NCBI RefSeq assembly: GCF_055456355.1 | Contig: NZ_CM144250.1 | Strand: one strand, 5' to 3' | Length of the DNA stretch: 40,000 nt | Shown: positions 1 to 10,396 of the stretch, one piece after another | How positions within the stretch are numbered: the first letter of the stretch is position 1 | How the letters are laid out: every line of letters begins with the position of its first letter | The notes under the pieces: generated by a model | What the model was told of the DNA's origin: nothing | The model's database searches: none | What the model saw: only the letters and a program-made list of their open reading frames with translations | Translations under genes and position numbers: made by a program

Positions 1-659
1 TGGATCGCCGCGGTATCAAACACAGGCAGAACACTGCGCTCTTCTGGCACCAGTAAACCAATTTCTGTGCAGCCAAAAATAACGCCCTGTGCGCCCTGTT
101 CTGCAAGGCGAGCAATCACTTGCGCATAATAAGCGCGTGACGCTTCGGTAAATTGCCCCAGACACAGTTCTTCAAAAATAATCTGATTAATTTTCGCCCG
201 TTCATCCGCTTCAGGAATAAGACAGTTGATGGAAAATTGTTCCGTCAGCCGCCCGCGATAATAATCCTGTTCCATGGTGTAACGTGTCCCCAGCAGCGCC
301 ACACGAGTCATTCCTGCCCCGGTAATTGCACGTCCAGTGGCATCCGCAATGTGTAAGAAAGGCAGAGAGCAACGAGACTCAATGGCATCCGCCACTTTGT
401 GCATCGTATTGGTACATAACACAATACCTTCTGCGCCCGCCCGCTGTAAGCCAAGCGCCGCCTCAGCCAGAATATCCCCGGTTTTGTCCCACTCACCGCG
501 ACGCTGGCACTCTTCTATTTCATGAAAATCGACGCTATGTAGCAGCACTTGCGCAGAGTGAAGCCCACCAAGCCGCTGTTTAATGCCTTCATTTATCAGA
601 CGATAGTAAGGAATAGTGGATTCCCAACTCATTCCTCCCAGCAAACCAATTGTTTTCAT
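1..659 (-). CDS. ygeA: YgeA, amino-acid (Asp/Glu-type) racemase family, 3' end cut by window edge
   Basis: Reverse-strand translation from ATG at 659 reads [19 protein letters not shown] and stays open to [18 protein letters not shown] at the window edge. It is absent from the ORF track because it has no stop inside the window. Confidence 0.93.
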   Translation of the reverse strand, partial: MKTIGLLGGMSWESTIPYYRLINEGIKQRLGGLHSAQVLLHSVDFHEIEECQRRGEWDKTGDILAEAALGLQRAGAEGIVLCTNTMHKVADAIESRCSLPFLHIADATGRAITGAGMTRVALLGTRYTMEQDYYRGRLTEQFSINCLIPEADERAKINQIIFEELCLGQFTEASRAYYAQVIARLAEQGAQGVIFGCTEIGLLVPEERSVLPVFDTAAI

Positions 660-748
660 TCCTCTCTCCTGATGTGTGTTACCGCAACAAGGCTGAATAA
701 GGAACGAGACAAACGCCTCAACGGCCAGGTGCCCAATCTCTATTAACG

Positions 749-780
749 AAAAAAGGACCGGATGTACAGCACATCCGGCC
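749..780 (-). terminator. Rho-independent terminator of araE
   Basis: On the minus strand, ggccggatgt-gctgt-acatccggtcc is followed by ttttttc, immediately downstream of the araE stop. Confidence 0.85.
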
Positions 781-787
781 CGTGAAA

Positions 788-2206
788 TCAGACGCCGATA
801 TTTCTCAACTTCTCGCCTGCCATCAGTTTGCGTTCGATATGTTCCAGCGTGACATTTTTGGTTTCCGGAATGAGCCAGAAAGTGATGCCCACAAACGCAA
901 TGTTCAGCGCAGTGTAGAACCAGAACGTACCGGCAGCGCCAATGCTATCAAGCAGTGTCAGGAAGGTCGCGCCGATAATCATATTCGACACCCAGTTTGT
1001 CGTCGTTGAGCAGGTGATGCCAAAATCGCGGCATTTCAGCGGCTGAATTTCAGAGCACAAGATCCACACCACTGGCGCGGCGCTCATCGCATAACCGGCA
1101 ATACACATCATCGTCATGCCAACAGAGAGCCAGGACAAGCCACTGGAAGCCGTACCGTTATCAAACTGCATCAGGCAGTAACCCAGCACCAGAGTGCCTA
1201 ACGCCATCACGCTGAAACCAATTTTCAGAGCCGGCTTACGCCCTGCTTTATCTACCGTAAAGACCGCAATGAAAGTGGCGAACATAAAGGTCAGCCCCAC
1301 GACCAGAGTCGCAATCATCTGTTGTTCTGTGGTCGTAAAGCCCGCCATTTTGAAGATACGTGGCGCGTAGTACATGATGATGTTCATACCGGTAAACTGC
1401 TGCATCGCCTGCAACAACATACCGAGAAATACAGCACGACGGACGTTACGGTTGATCTTAAACAATGCCCAACCGCCCTGTTTTAACTTCAGGCTTTCAC
1501 GAATTTCGTTGAGTTCTTCTCGCGCTTTTTCCGACGTATCGCGCAGCATACGCAATACTTCTTCCGCCTCAATATGACGCCCCTTTTCCGCCAGCCAGCG
1601 CGGGCTATTTGGCAGGAAGACCACCAGAATAATCAGCAGAACTGCTGGTAAAGCAAGAACCCCCAACATTGCGCGCCAGTTACCGCTATAACTGAACGCT
1701 GTATCGGATAAAAACGCCAGCACGATGCCGAGAGTGACCATCAACTGGTACATGCTGATCATCTTACCGCGAACGTTTTCACTTGCCATTTCAGAAAGAT
1801 ATAGAGGAGCGGTGTAAGACGCGATCCCGACAGCAATGCCCAACACCACACGAGCGGCGATTAACATCTCTACGCTGGTCGCAAAAGCGGACCCTATCGA
1901 ACCGAGTACAAACAGGATGGCCCCCGCCATCAGGCTGTATTTACGCCCCAGGCGGAACGACAGCCAACCATTAAACAGCGCACCAATTGCTGCGCCGAGC
2001 ATCATGCTACTGACCACCCATTCCTGCAAACGACTGGTCAGCACAAAGTGATCGGTAATGAACGGCAACGCTCCGGCGATTACGCCGATATCAAGACCAA
2101 ATAACAATCCTGCGACCGCAGCAGCTACCGAAACAAACATATTCATACGCCGCGTATCCCGCAGAGGACGTGGCGTTAAAGCAGATTCCGTATTGATAGT
2201 AACCAT
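788..2206 (-). CDS. araE: AraE, arabinose:proton symporter (MFS)
   Basis: 472-aa product [49 protein letters not shown]..., with 12-TM sugar porter motifs ([15 protein letters not shown]). The ORF track start at 2260 adds an 18-aa extension that is probably not used. Confidence 0.97.
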   Translation of the reverse strand: MVTINTESALTPRPLRDTRRMNMFVSVAAAVAGLLFGLDIGVIAGALPFITDHFVLTSRLQEWVVSSMMLGAAIGALFNGWLSFRLGRKYSLMAGAILFVLGSIGSAFATSVEMLIAARVVLGIAVGIASYTAPLYLSEMASENVRGKMISMYQLMVTLGIVLAFLSDTAFSYSGNWRAMLGVLALPAVLLIILVVFLPNSPRWLAEKGRHIEAEEVLRMLRDTSEKAREELNEIRESLKLKQGGWALFKINRNVRRAVFLGMLLQAMQQFTGMNIIMYYAPRIFKMAGFTTTEQQMIATLVVGLTFMFATFIAVFTVDKAGRKPALKIGFSVMALGTLVLGYCLMQFDNGTASSGLSWLSVGMTMMCIAGYAMSAAPVVWILCSEIQPLKCRDFGITCSTTTNWVSNMIIGATFLTLLDSIGAAGTFWFYTALNIAFVGITFWLIPETKNVTLEHIERKLMAGEKLRNIGV

Positions 2207-2288
2207 TTTTTCCTGCCAGCAGAGAGTAAGACATAGTGAAAAAATACGTGAACAATTCACACAGGTGTCAGGTCGGAAATAGCATAAA

Positions 2289-2305
2289 TATGGATTAAAT
2301 TGCTA
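2289..2305 (-). promoter_or_regulatory. AraC half-site upstream of araE
   Basis: Minus strand TAGCAATTTAATCCATA matches the AraC half-site form TAGC-N7-TCCATA. A weaker second half-site (GCTATTTCCGAC) lies next to it towards the gene. Confidence 0.7.
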
Positions 2306-2318
2306 CGACATGTCGTTA

Positions 2319-2334
2319 TGTGATGGATATTCCA
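2319..2334 (-). promoter_or_regulatory. CRP-like site upstream of araE
   Basis: TGTGA-tggata-TTCCA (plus strand), one perfect half of TGTGA-N6-TCACA, located upstream of the AraC site as expected for araE. Confidence 0.55.
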
Positions 2335-2472
2335 ATTTTCAAATTAAATTGAATTATTGAGATTATTATTAACTAACTAATTTTAAAGCAGATAAAATTC
2401 ATAAAGTTAATCAATTGATAATTGATATGGATTATTTCATAACCATGATATGGATTATGATGATCTACAGGT

Positions 2473-2499
2473 ATAAAAAACCCTGCCATGCGACAGGGT
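2473..2499 (-). terminator. Rho-independent terminator of kduI-kduD
   Basis: Minus strand ACCCTG-tcgcatgg-CAGGGT followed by TTTTTT just downstream of the kduD stop. Confidence 0.75.
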
Positions 2500-2520
2500 C
2501 ATAAAAGTAAGAGGAATGAA

Positions 2521-3282
2521 TTAACGCGCCAGCCAACCGCCATCCACGGCAATGGTATAACCATTCACATAATCTGAAGCGCTGGAGGCAAGGAACACCA
2601 CCGGCCCCATCAGGTCACTCGGCAGTCCCCAACGGCCAGCTGGAATGCGGTCGAGAATTTCCGCGCTACGTTGTTCATCTGCCCGCAGTTGTTGAGTATT
2701 GTTGGTTGCCATGTAACCCGGAGCTATCGCATTAACATTAATGTTGTGTTTAGCCCATTCGTTCGCCATCAATCGCGTCACACCCATCACGCCGCTTTTT
2801 GATGCGGTATAAGAAGGCACACGGATCCCGCCCTGGAAGGAGAGCATTGACGCGATATTGATAATCTTGCCGCCATTGCCTTGCGCGATAAAGTGTTTCG
2901 CCGCAGCCTGAGACATGAAGAATACGCTCTTGATATTCAGGTTCATGACATCGTCCCAGTCTTTTTCGCTGAACTCGAGAGCATCTTCGCGCCGAATCAA
3001 TCCGGCGTTATTCACCAGGATATCAATATGACCAAACTCCGCTACCGCGCGATCCAGCAGTGCTGGAATGCCATCAATCTTTCGCAGATCGGCGGTCAGG
3101 CTTAAAAAACGACGCCCCAGCGCCGTGACCTGCTTGATGGTTTCAGTCGGTTCAACGATGTTAATGCCAACAATGTCACAGCCCGCTTGCGCCAGCCCCA
3201 ACGCCATCCCCTGGCCCAGTCCAGTATCACAACCAGTGACGACCGCAACTTTACCTTCGAGAGAAAATGCACTTAAAATCAT
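2521..3282 (-). CDS. kduD: KduD, 2-dehydro-3-deoxy-D-gluconate 5-dehydrogenase (SDR family)
   Basis: 253-aa ORF with SDR signatures: TGCDTGLGQG, NNAG, YTASKSGV. Adjacent to kduI. Confidence 0.96.
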   Translation of the reverse strand: MILSAFSLEGKVAVVTGCDTGLGQGMALGLAQAGCDIVGINIVEPTETIKQVTALGRRFLSLTADLRKIDGIPALLDRAVAEFGHIDILVNNAGLIRREDALEFSEKDWDDVMNLNIKSVFFMSQAAAKHFIAQGNGGKIINIASMLSFQGGIRVPSYTASKSGVMGVTRLMANEWAKHNINVNAIAPGYMATNNTQQLRADEQRSAEILDRIPAGRWGLPSDLMGPVVFLASSASDYVNGYTIAVDGGWLAR

Positions 3283-3311
3283 GACAATACCTTATTCGTT
3301 TATGCCCACAA

Positions 3312-4148
3312 CTAGCGCAAATCTTTAACGGCCACATGGTCCATATCATCAAAGACCTGGTTTTCACCGACCATGCCCCAGATAAAGGTATAAGCTTTGG
3401 TTCCGACACCGGAATGGATCGACCAGCTCGGGGAGATCACCGCCTGCTCGTTATGCATCACAATATGACGCGTTTCTTGCGGCTGCCCCATCATGTGGAA
3501 AACGCAGGCGTCATCATCCATATTGAAATAGAAATAAACTTCCATCCGGCGCTCGTGGGTGTGACACGGCATGGTGTTCCACAAGTTACCCGGAGCCAGC
3601 TCCGTCATCCCCATACTCAATTGGCAGGTTTCCAGTACATCAGGGACAAAATATTTGTTAATCGTGCGACGGTTACTGGTGAGGTTATCGCCTAACGTGA
3701 CTGGAGATACTTCGTCCGGTGTGACTTTTTTGGTGGGATACGTCGTATGCGCAGGTGCGCAATTGTAATAAAACTTCGCCGGAGTAGCGGTATCAATACT
3801 GGCAAAGACAACTTCTTTTGCGCCTTTACCAACATACAGGGCTTCGCGGTGACCGATTTCATAGCATTGACCATCGACGGTAATCGTACCGGCACCGCCA
3901 ATATTGATAACACCTAACTCGCGACGTTCCAGGAAATAGCTTACGCCGAGTTGTTTACCAACTTCCCCGCCAACGGAAACCGTTTTAGTTACCGGCATAA
4001 TGCCGCCAACAATAATACGGTCAATGTGGCTGTAAACCATGGTGTACTCATCGGCGACAAATACCTTTTCAACTAAAAATTCATTGCGCAGCCCCTGGGT
4101 ATCCAGCGTTTTTGCATGCGCACTGTGGATGCTCTGTCTTACGTCCAC
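3312..4148 (-). CDS. kduI: KduI, 5-dehydro-4-deoxy-D-glucuronate isomerase
   Basis: 278-aa [33 protein letters not shown]... (GTG start) with metal-binding [11 protein letters not shown]. Confidence 0.97.
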   Translation of the reverse strand: MDVRQSIHSAHAKTLDTQGLRNEFLVEKVFVADEYTMVYSHIDRIIVGGIMPVTKTVSVGGEVGKQLGVSYFLERRELGVINIGGAGTITVDGQCYEIGHREALYVGKGAKEVVFASIDTATPAKFYYNCAPAHTTYPTKKVTPDEVSPVTLGDNLTSNRRTINKYFVPDVLETCQLSMGMTELAPGNLWNTMPCHTHERRMEVYFYFNMDDDACVFHMMGQPQETRHIVMHNEQAVISPSWSIHSGVGTKAYTFIWGMVGENQVFDDMDHVAVKDLR

Positions 4149-4191
4149 ATCAACCTCCGATAATCAGTGAAGCGTGAAAATAGAAAACGAT

Positions 4192-4212
4192 AGTGAAACA
4201 CTGTTTCGTTTT
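4192..4212. promoter_or_regulatory. KdgR-like operator upstream of kduI (proximal)
   Basis: Near-palindrome agtgaaacactgtttcgtttt resembling the KdgR consensus (AAATGAAACANTGTTTCATTT). Confidence 0.55.
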
Positions 4213-4257
4213 CTCTATAAGGGGATGATATGCCCACGGGATAGGGTTTTCAATTAA

Positions 4258-4278
4258 AAATAAAACAATGTTTCATTT
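4258..4278. promoter_or_regulatory. KdgR operator upstream of kduI (distal)
   Basis: aaataaaacaatgtttcattt, almost a perfect match to the KdgR consensus. Confidence 0.7.
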
Positions 4279-4435
4279 TTTAAGTTAAGGACTGAAAAAA
4301 GTGCAGTGTCGATCACGAATATGTCATGAAAATGGAAAAATCAGGGAGCCCTGAAAATGTATGTCGACTCGCCAGCCACCATTATTCAACAGATTGATGA
4401 CGGCTGATATTTATCGGTAAGGAGGAAATGCAGAG

Positions 4436-5620
4436 CTATTCGTCACGTTCAATGGTCAATGCCACGCCCTGGCCCCCGCCGATACAAAGCGTAGCCAGTC
4501 CTTTGCGGGCATTACGTTTCACCATTTCATGAACCAGAGAAACGAGGATTCGGCAACCGGAAGCGCCTATTGGGTGACCGAGTGCGATCGCGCCACCATT
4601 GACATTGACCCGACGCTCATCCCATTCAAGCATCTTGCCAACCGAAAGCGCCTGTGCAGCAAACGCTTCATTAGCCTCGATAAGATCGACATCAGCCAAC
4701 TGCCAGCCAACACGCTCCAGGCAACGGCGGGTCGCATACACCGGCGCAATTCCCATCAATGCCGGATCTACACCAACGCTGGCAAATGCGCGGATGCGGG
4801 CCAGCACGGGTAAATTCAACGCTCGTGCTTTGGCTTCGCTCATCATCATTACTGCAGCTGCGCCATCGTTTATGGATGATGCATTACCCGCTGTCACAGA
4901 GCCGAGACTATCAAATGAAGGATTTAAACGGGCTAAGCCTTCTGCACTGGCGTCAGTGCGTGGCTGTTCATCGGTATCTACAACCAACGTCTGACCGTTA
5001 CTTTGGGTCATTACCGGGACGATCTCATCTTTAAATCGTCCGGCGTCAATCGCCGCTCGCGCTTTTTGTTGCGAGCTAAGTGCGTAAGCATCCTGCAACT
5101 GACGGCTGATGCCATATTCGCGAGCCAGATTTTCGGCGGTGACACCAATATGATAATCATTGAAGGCATCCCACAACCCATCGTGCACAAGACTATCAAC
5201 CAACTGGCTATTGCCAAGCTGTGCACCGGTGCGGCTATCAGTCAGAACATGTGGTGCGCGACTCATGTTTTCCTGACCACCGGCGATGACAATATCAGCC
5301 TCGCCACACTGTATCGCCTGAGTAGCCAGATGCAGTGCTTTAAGCCCGGAACCGCAAACGTCATTAATCGTGATTGCAGAAACGCTGTTAGGAAGACCAC
5401 CTTTAATAGCCGATTGCCTTGCCGGATTCTGCCCTGCCCCTGCAGTCAACACCTGACCAAGAATCACTTCATCCACCGCATATTCAGAAACACCGGTACG
5501 TTCTATTAATGCTTTCACGACCAGGCTGCCAAGTTCCACGGCGGAATGACCCGCTAACGCACCACGAAAGCAGCCGATAGGTGTCCGTAACGCCCCGACA
5601 ATCACAACGTCTTTCATCAC
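4436..5620 (-). CDS. yqeF: YqeF, acetyl-CoA C-acetyltransferase (thiolase)
   Basis: Thiolase signatures: NDVCGSGLKALHLA, NVNGGAIALGHPIGASG, CIGGGQGVA. The true start may be the second Met (5617). Confidence 0.95.
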   Translation of the reverse strand: MMKDVVIVGALRTPIGCFRGALAGHSAVELGSLVVKALIERTGVSEYAVDEVILGQVLTAGAGQNPARQSAIKGGLPNSVSAITINDVCGSGLKALHLATQAIQCGEADIVIAGGQENMSRAPHVLTDSRTGAQLGNSQLVDSLVHDGLWDAFNDYHIGVTAENLAREYGISRQLQDAYALSSQQKARAAIDAGRFKDEIVPVMTQSNGQTLVVDTDEQPRTDASAEGLARLNPSFDSLGSVTAGNASSINDGAAAVMMMSEAKARALNLPVLARIRAFASVGVDPALMGIAPVYATRRCLERVGWQLADVDLIEANEAFAAQALSVGKMLEWDERRVNVNGGAIALGHPIGASGCRILVSLVHEMVKRNARKGLATLCIGGGQGVALTIERDE

Positions 5621-5871
5621 AACCTCGCACCAATTAACAGTGCAATAGTAAATGATTGTTAATTACAGTTATCTTAATTGTTTAAAAAAAGTGATTTTTA
5701 TCACAAAGGGAATACGCCTGACCAGCAGTCAGAGACATAACTGGCACGTAAGGTTTGCAACCACTAACCCACCAATAGAGAGGTAGAAAGGGCGTTAATC
5801 TCCCATACTTAACCTGGTTTATGGTAAATTGCCCTCCAATTTGTTTAATTTGTAGATGATACGTTCAGATA

Positions 5872-7101
5872 ATGTCTAATATTTGGTCAAAAGAAGAAAC
5901 TCTGTGGAGTTTCGCGCTCTACGGCACAGCCGTTGGTGCAGGCACGCTCTTCCTTCCTATTCAGTTAGGTTCGGCAGGGGCTGTGGTCCTGTTTATTACT
6001 GCTCTGGTCGCCTGGCCTTTAACATATTGGCCACATAAAGCCTTATGCCAGTTCATCCTCTCATCAAAAACATCAGCAGGTGAAGGGATAACGGGCGCGG
6101 TAACACACTACTATGGCAAGAAGATTGGTAATCTGATTACCACGCTGTACTTCATCGCCTTTTTTGTCGTCGTGTTGATATATGCCGTGGCAATTACCAA
6201 CTCACTTACGGAACAGCTGGCAAAGCATATGGTTATTGATCTTCGCATCCGTATGTTGGTGAGTCTGGGTGTTGTATTAATCCTGAATCTCATTTTTCTG
6301 ATGGGACGCCATGCCACTATTCGGGTAATGGGATTTTTGGTATTCCCATTGATTGCCTATTTCTTATTTCTTTCTATTTACCTGGTCGGTAGTTGGCAAC
6401 CTGATCTATTAACTACCCAGATAGAGTTCAATCAGAATACCCTTCACCAGATATGGATATCGATTCCCGTGATGGTTTTCGCCTTTAGCCATACGCCCAT
6501 TATTTCTACGTTTGCCATAGACAGACGTGAAAAATATGGCGAACATGCTATGGATAAATGCAAAAAAATTATGAAAGTCGCTTATCTCATCATCTGCATA
6601 AGTGTACTGTTCTTTGTCTTTAGCTGCCTGCTTTCTATTCCACCTTCGTATATTGAAGCGGCTAAAGAAGAAGGGGTTACCATTTTATCGGCGCTTTCTA
6701 TGCTGCCGAACGCCCCAGCATGGTTGTCAATTTCCGGGATTATTGTCGCAGTAGTTGCGATGTCGAAATCATTCCTGGGTACGTACTTTGGCGTTATTGA
6801 AGGTGCCACAGAGGTCGTCAAAACAACACTACAGCAGGTTGGTGTAAAGAAAAGTCGTGCATTTAACCGCGCACTATCAATTATGTTGGTATCGCTGATT
6901 ACCTTCATTGTTTGTTGCATTAACCCGAACGCGATTTCGATGATTTACGCGATCAGCGGCCCGCTCATTGCCATGATACTTTTCATCATGCCTACGCTGT
7001 CAACGTATCTCATCCCGGCGCTTAAACCCTGGCGTTCCATCGGAAATCTGATTACGCTGATCGTGGGTATCTTGTGCGTATCGGTAATGTTCTTTAGCTA
7101 A
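5872..7101 (+). CDS. yqeG: YqeG, amino-acid transporter of the SdaC/TdcC (STP/HAAAP) family
   Basis: 409-aa polytopic protein with SdaC-like features (GTAVGAGTLFLPI, FLGTYFGVIEGA). Confidence 0.93.
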   Translation: MSNIWSKEETLWSFALYGTAVGAGTLFLPIQLGSAGAVVLFITALVAWPLTYWPHKALCQFILSSKTSAGEGITGAVTHYYGKKIGNLITTLYFIAFFVVVLIYAVAITNSLTEQLAKHMVIDLRIRMLVSLGVVLILNLIFLMGRHATIRVMGFLVFPLIAYFLFLSIYLVGSWQPDLLTTQIEFNQNTLHQIWISIPVMVFAFSHTPIISTFAIDRREKYGEHAMDKCKKIMKVAYLIICISVLFFVFSCLLSIPPSYIEAAKEEGVTILSALSMLPNAPAWLSISGIIVAVVAMSKSFLGTYFGVIEGATEVVKTTLQQVGVKKSRAFNRALSIMLVSLITFIVCCINPNAISMIYAISGPLIAMILFIMPTLSTYLIPALKPWRSIGNLITLIVGILCVSVMFFS

Positions 7102-7112
7102 TATCCATTGTG

Positions 7113-7145
7113 AATGGTTCAAAATTGCTACAATTTTGAACCATT
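7113..7145. terminator. Strong hairpin downstream of yqeG, probable terminator
   Basis: Perfect 15-bp inverted repeat AATGGTTCAAAATTG-cta-CAATTTTGAACCATT directly after the yqeG stop. The U-tract is weak. Confidence 0.55.
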
Positions 7146-7560
7146 CCAGTTTTCATAATGTTCATTTGTTATAATTCCGCTCTATCACTTCTCTCGTCAT
7201 ATCCTAGTATTATCAGTTAGTTAAACACACAAAGAGATCTGAACATCTTAAATAAGACTATTTAAGATGCATAACTTAGATTCGCAAGATATCTTCTGGT
7301 CATTCAAAAACAATTTGCGATATAGATATTCTCATACCATGAGATAGTTATCTGAACCACCATCAACCAGGTAAGATTAAATCAGTGAAACATAATCATA
7401 TTTAATAACGAGAAATGCATTTTTAAATGCTTTACTCAGAATTATAGCAAATTCAGATTAATCGCAATTTTTCCCAGCAAATTTACAAAATCATGGTGTA
7501 TTGACATCATCAATAACCAATGAAATTATGCAATTATATACGGATAGGGAGGTTCTTAAC

Positions 7561-8193
7561 ATGGGGCTTTGTAGTCGTTATAAAAGTCTTACATGTAATA
7601 GTTGCTCAATGCATTGCCAAATAATGCCAGAAGAGTCACCGCGTTTGCAGTATTGCGCAAACTCGTGTTTTTGTATGTGGCCCGAAGAAAGTTCATATTT
7701 TAATCGTGGTGTGGTGGAAGGTATTTTAACAAAAAACCACAATGCGAGATTAAGCGGATATATTTTTGTCGATTTTTCAGTAAGTTTTTTACGTCTATTC
7801 CTTGAAAAAGACTGGATTGACTATCTTGCAAGTACTGACATGGGGATTGTTTTAGTCAGCGACCGAAATATGCAATCGTTAGCTAACTACTGGCGAAAAC
7901 ACAACTCTGCAATATCTGCTGTCATATATAATGATGATGGTCTTGATGTTGCCAACGAAAAGATCAGACAACTATTTATTGGTCGTTATTTATCATTTAC
8001 CAGAGGGAACACATTAACTCAGATGGAATTCACCATAATGGGGTATATGGTTTCTGGTTATAATCCATATCAGATTGCTGAAGTTCTGGATATGGATATC
8101 CGTAGCATCTACGCGTACAAGCAACGAATCGAAAAGAGAATGGGTGGTAAAATAAACGAGTTATTTATTCGTTCACATTCGGTCCAACATTGA
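7561..8193 (+). CDS. yqeH: YqeH, LuxR-type HTH regulator, start of ETT2 island
   Basis: C-terminal HTH-like segment LTQMEFTIMGYMVSGYNPYQIAEVLDMDIRSIYAYKQRIEKRMG. Start taken at internal Met (210 aa). Cys-rich N-terminus. Confidence 0.9.
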   Translation: MGLCSRYKSLTCNSCSMHCQIMPEESPRLQYCANSCFCMWPEESSYFNRGVVEGILTKNHNARLSGYIFVDFSVSFLRLFLEKDWIDYLASTDMGIVLVSDRNMQSLANYWRKHNSAISAVIYNDDGLDVANEKIRQLFIGRYLSFTRGNTLTQMEFTIMGYMVSGYNPYQIAEVLDMDIRSIYAYKQRIEKRMGGKINELFIRSHSVQH

Positions 8194-8526
8194 TACTCAA
8201 TAATCTGCCAGAATCATACTCTGCTTATACGGGCATCTATTGAAATGCCCGTATTTTACAAATAAGCAGTAACCCCAAGAGTAAACAACATGGTATTTAA
8301 AACCATCACACGAAAAATTCAGAAGCATTACGAAATATGAATTTACAAACAATAGTGGCATAAATGTTAATCATGTTAATTTACGTAAAGTTTTAGGTTG
8401 CGACATTAAAGCCTCATTTCAATCATTATGATAAATATAAAATTAATATATATTTATGCCGTAAATACCAATATACTTAGCAAACTATGTGATTTCCATT
8501 TCGATTGATTTAGTGTCTATTGACGT

Positions 8527-9336
8527 ATGTACTGGATTATTAACGATAATATCGAGTTCTGGCCTGAGCACCGAAAATTAATATCGGTACATAACGCCGA
8601 TCTTAACGTCGTTCTGACAACGCCAGCCAGTCGTTGTTTATCACTTCTACTTGAAGCTTTTCCTGATGTGGTTGCACAACAAGATTTTTTCACCAGAGTC
8701 TGGGAAGAAGAAGGTATGCGTGTGCCAACTAACACGTTATATCAGAACATATCCATTATCAGACGCGGATTTCGCGCTGTTGGTGATACCACCCACTCGC
8801 TTATTGCAACCGTGCCGAGAAGAGGATTCAAGATTCATAATGACATTAACATACAAAATCATGCAATAAACTCTTCAACAGACGCACATACACACAATGC
8901 CCCACCTGCCGTAAAAGGTAATGCGGGGTACAAAGAGAGCATTAGTGGCGCAAACAATTTCAATAACAAAATCCTCAAACATATAAAAAGTTATCTAATT
9001 ATGTTGAGCATATTTGCTATAGGCGTATATTCTGCACATTGGCTATGGAATAATAATCAACCGAAGCCATTCTTCAAGGATTACAAGACTGTTGCGGAAA
9101 TTAATGGCTGCCATTTTAATGTGACAGAAGATACAATTGATGGGTTGAAAGAGTTCGATAAATATAAGACACGGATACTGGATTCGGGGATTAACTGTAA
9201 AAAATATCCGTGGTTATACTTCCCTCTTGCAAAATCCTCACCAGGGATGATTGTTATGGCATGCAATAAAAACTATAACCAACATGAAGTGGCAGGCTGT
9301 TTAACCCTGTCTTACCGTGAGGTTAATCGTGATTGA
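8527..9336 (+). CDS. yqeI: YqeI, ToxR/CadC-like membrane-anchored winged-helix regulator
   Basis: N-terminal OmpR/PhoB-type wHTH (NVVLTTPASRCLSLLLEAF...NTLYQNISIIRRGFRAVGDTTHSLIATVPRRGFKI), a single TM segment (SYLIMLSIFAIGVYSAHWLW) and a Cys-containing C-terminal domain. Confidence 0.92.
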   Translation: MYWIINDNIEFWPEHRKLISVHNADLNVVLTTPASRCLSLLLEAFPDVVAQQDFFTRVWEEEGMRVPTNTLYQNISIIRRGFRAVGDTTHSLIATVPRRGFKIHNDINIQNHAINSSTDAHTHNAPPAVKGNAGYKESISGANNFNNKILKHIKSYLIMLSIFAIGVYSAHWLWNNNQPKPFFKDYKTVAEINGCHFNVTEDTIDGLKEFDKYKTRILDSGINCKKYPWLYFPLAKSSPGMIVMACNKNYNQHEVAGCLTLSYREVNRD

Positions 9337-9810
9337 TTATAAAAAAACTTATTATTTATTTTAGTTTTTATCAGTGGGTTTATTCTCTTCATTGTTTACT
9401 CTTATACTGCAGAAAAAATGATATATAATGAAACATGCACTGCAAATTGGGTAATTTTTAATGACAAGGGGCGAGCAAATCTTACCATCGACTTTATGTA
9501 TAACAAAAAAAATAAAACAGGAACTGTTGCGTTGAGCGGAACCTAGCAACAGGGTAACAGAGAAAGTAAGTCAATACGGCGAAATATTGAATACACATGG
9601 ATTGAAAACTATGACACAGCCCATTTAACATCAAAGAAAGTTAATAAATTTGAGATCATGGATCAAGTCGATGATGATAGACTTGCAGAACTTATTCCTG
9701 ATTTTTATGTCTTTCCAGAAAAAAGTGTAAGCTATAATATACTAAAGCAAGGTAAGCATGCTTTTATTTTGAGTATTGGTAACAGAGCAATAATGCATTG
9801 TGCAAGGTAA
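9329..9810 (+). pseudogene. yqeJ: yqeJ, predicted TM/periplasmic protein overlapping the yqeI end, disrupted
   Basis: GTG at 9329 reads VIDYKKTYYLF then TAG. A one-base shift opens LVFISGFILFIVYSYTAEKMIYNETCTANWVIFNDKGRANLTIDFMYNKKNKTGTVALSGT, then in-frame TAG at 9544-9546. The same frame continues QQGNRESKSIRRNIEYTWIE... to TAA at 9808-9810. Confidence 0.8.
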
Positions 9811-9958
9811 ACTTAAATAGATAACAAAAAGATGGAACCTCGTTAATCATAAAACAATAAAATTAAATATGCTTGTAGTATATGCCAGTATAAAGCATCA
9901 AAGTTTTGATCAACATCTTTCATTTTAGATATCACCTTGCAATGTAAAATATCATGTA

Positions 9959-10396
9959 TCAACAACATCTGGTGCAAATCCATGAGTCGAACTCAACATT
10001 CATCTTAGCTCTATTATTATTCCTTCGTACAGTCGATGTAAACAATACAGAAAGAGGATTATTAAGAACCAGTTTACTTAGAGAATCAATAGAGGAAAGG
10101 ACTAACGTTTCTTTAAAAGAATTGATTTCATCATCTGTTAAACTAAACTCATCATTGACAGATCGTGAGATATAACTGTTTTTAACTTTACTCTTTACGT
10201 TGACTTTACTGACAGAATTAACATTCACATATCTTGAATTTAGTGCCCATGATGTTGTTTGCGTGAGAACCTTCTCAGCATTAAGGAATTTTTTTAACGG
10301 AATCCTTGGTTTCTTTTTCGAGTCCGAATTTACAATATCATGCATATAGACCATTTCATGAATCTGCGAAAACTCAATGTCCATTATATACCTCAC
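9959..10396 (-). CDS. yqeK: YqeK, uncharacterised ETT2-associated protein
   Basis: 145-aa [46 protein letters not shown]..., position between yqeJ and ygeF. Confidence 0.8.
   Translation of the reverse strand: MRYIMDIEFSQIHEMVYMHDIVNSDSKKKPRIPLKKFLNAEKVLTQTTSWALNSRYVNVNSVSKVNVKSKVKNSYISRSVNDEFSLTDDEINSFKETLVLSSIDSLSKLVLNNPLSVLFTSTVRRNNNRAKMNVEFDSWICTRCC

Noticed and set aside
2207-2260. 18-aa N-terminal extension of araE in the ORF track ([18 protein letters not shown])
   Set aside because: The known-type AraE start is [14 protein letters not shown] at 2206, and the extension occupies the leader/RBS region.
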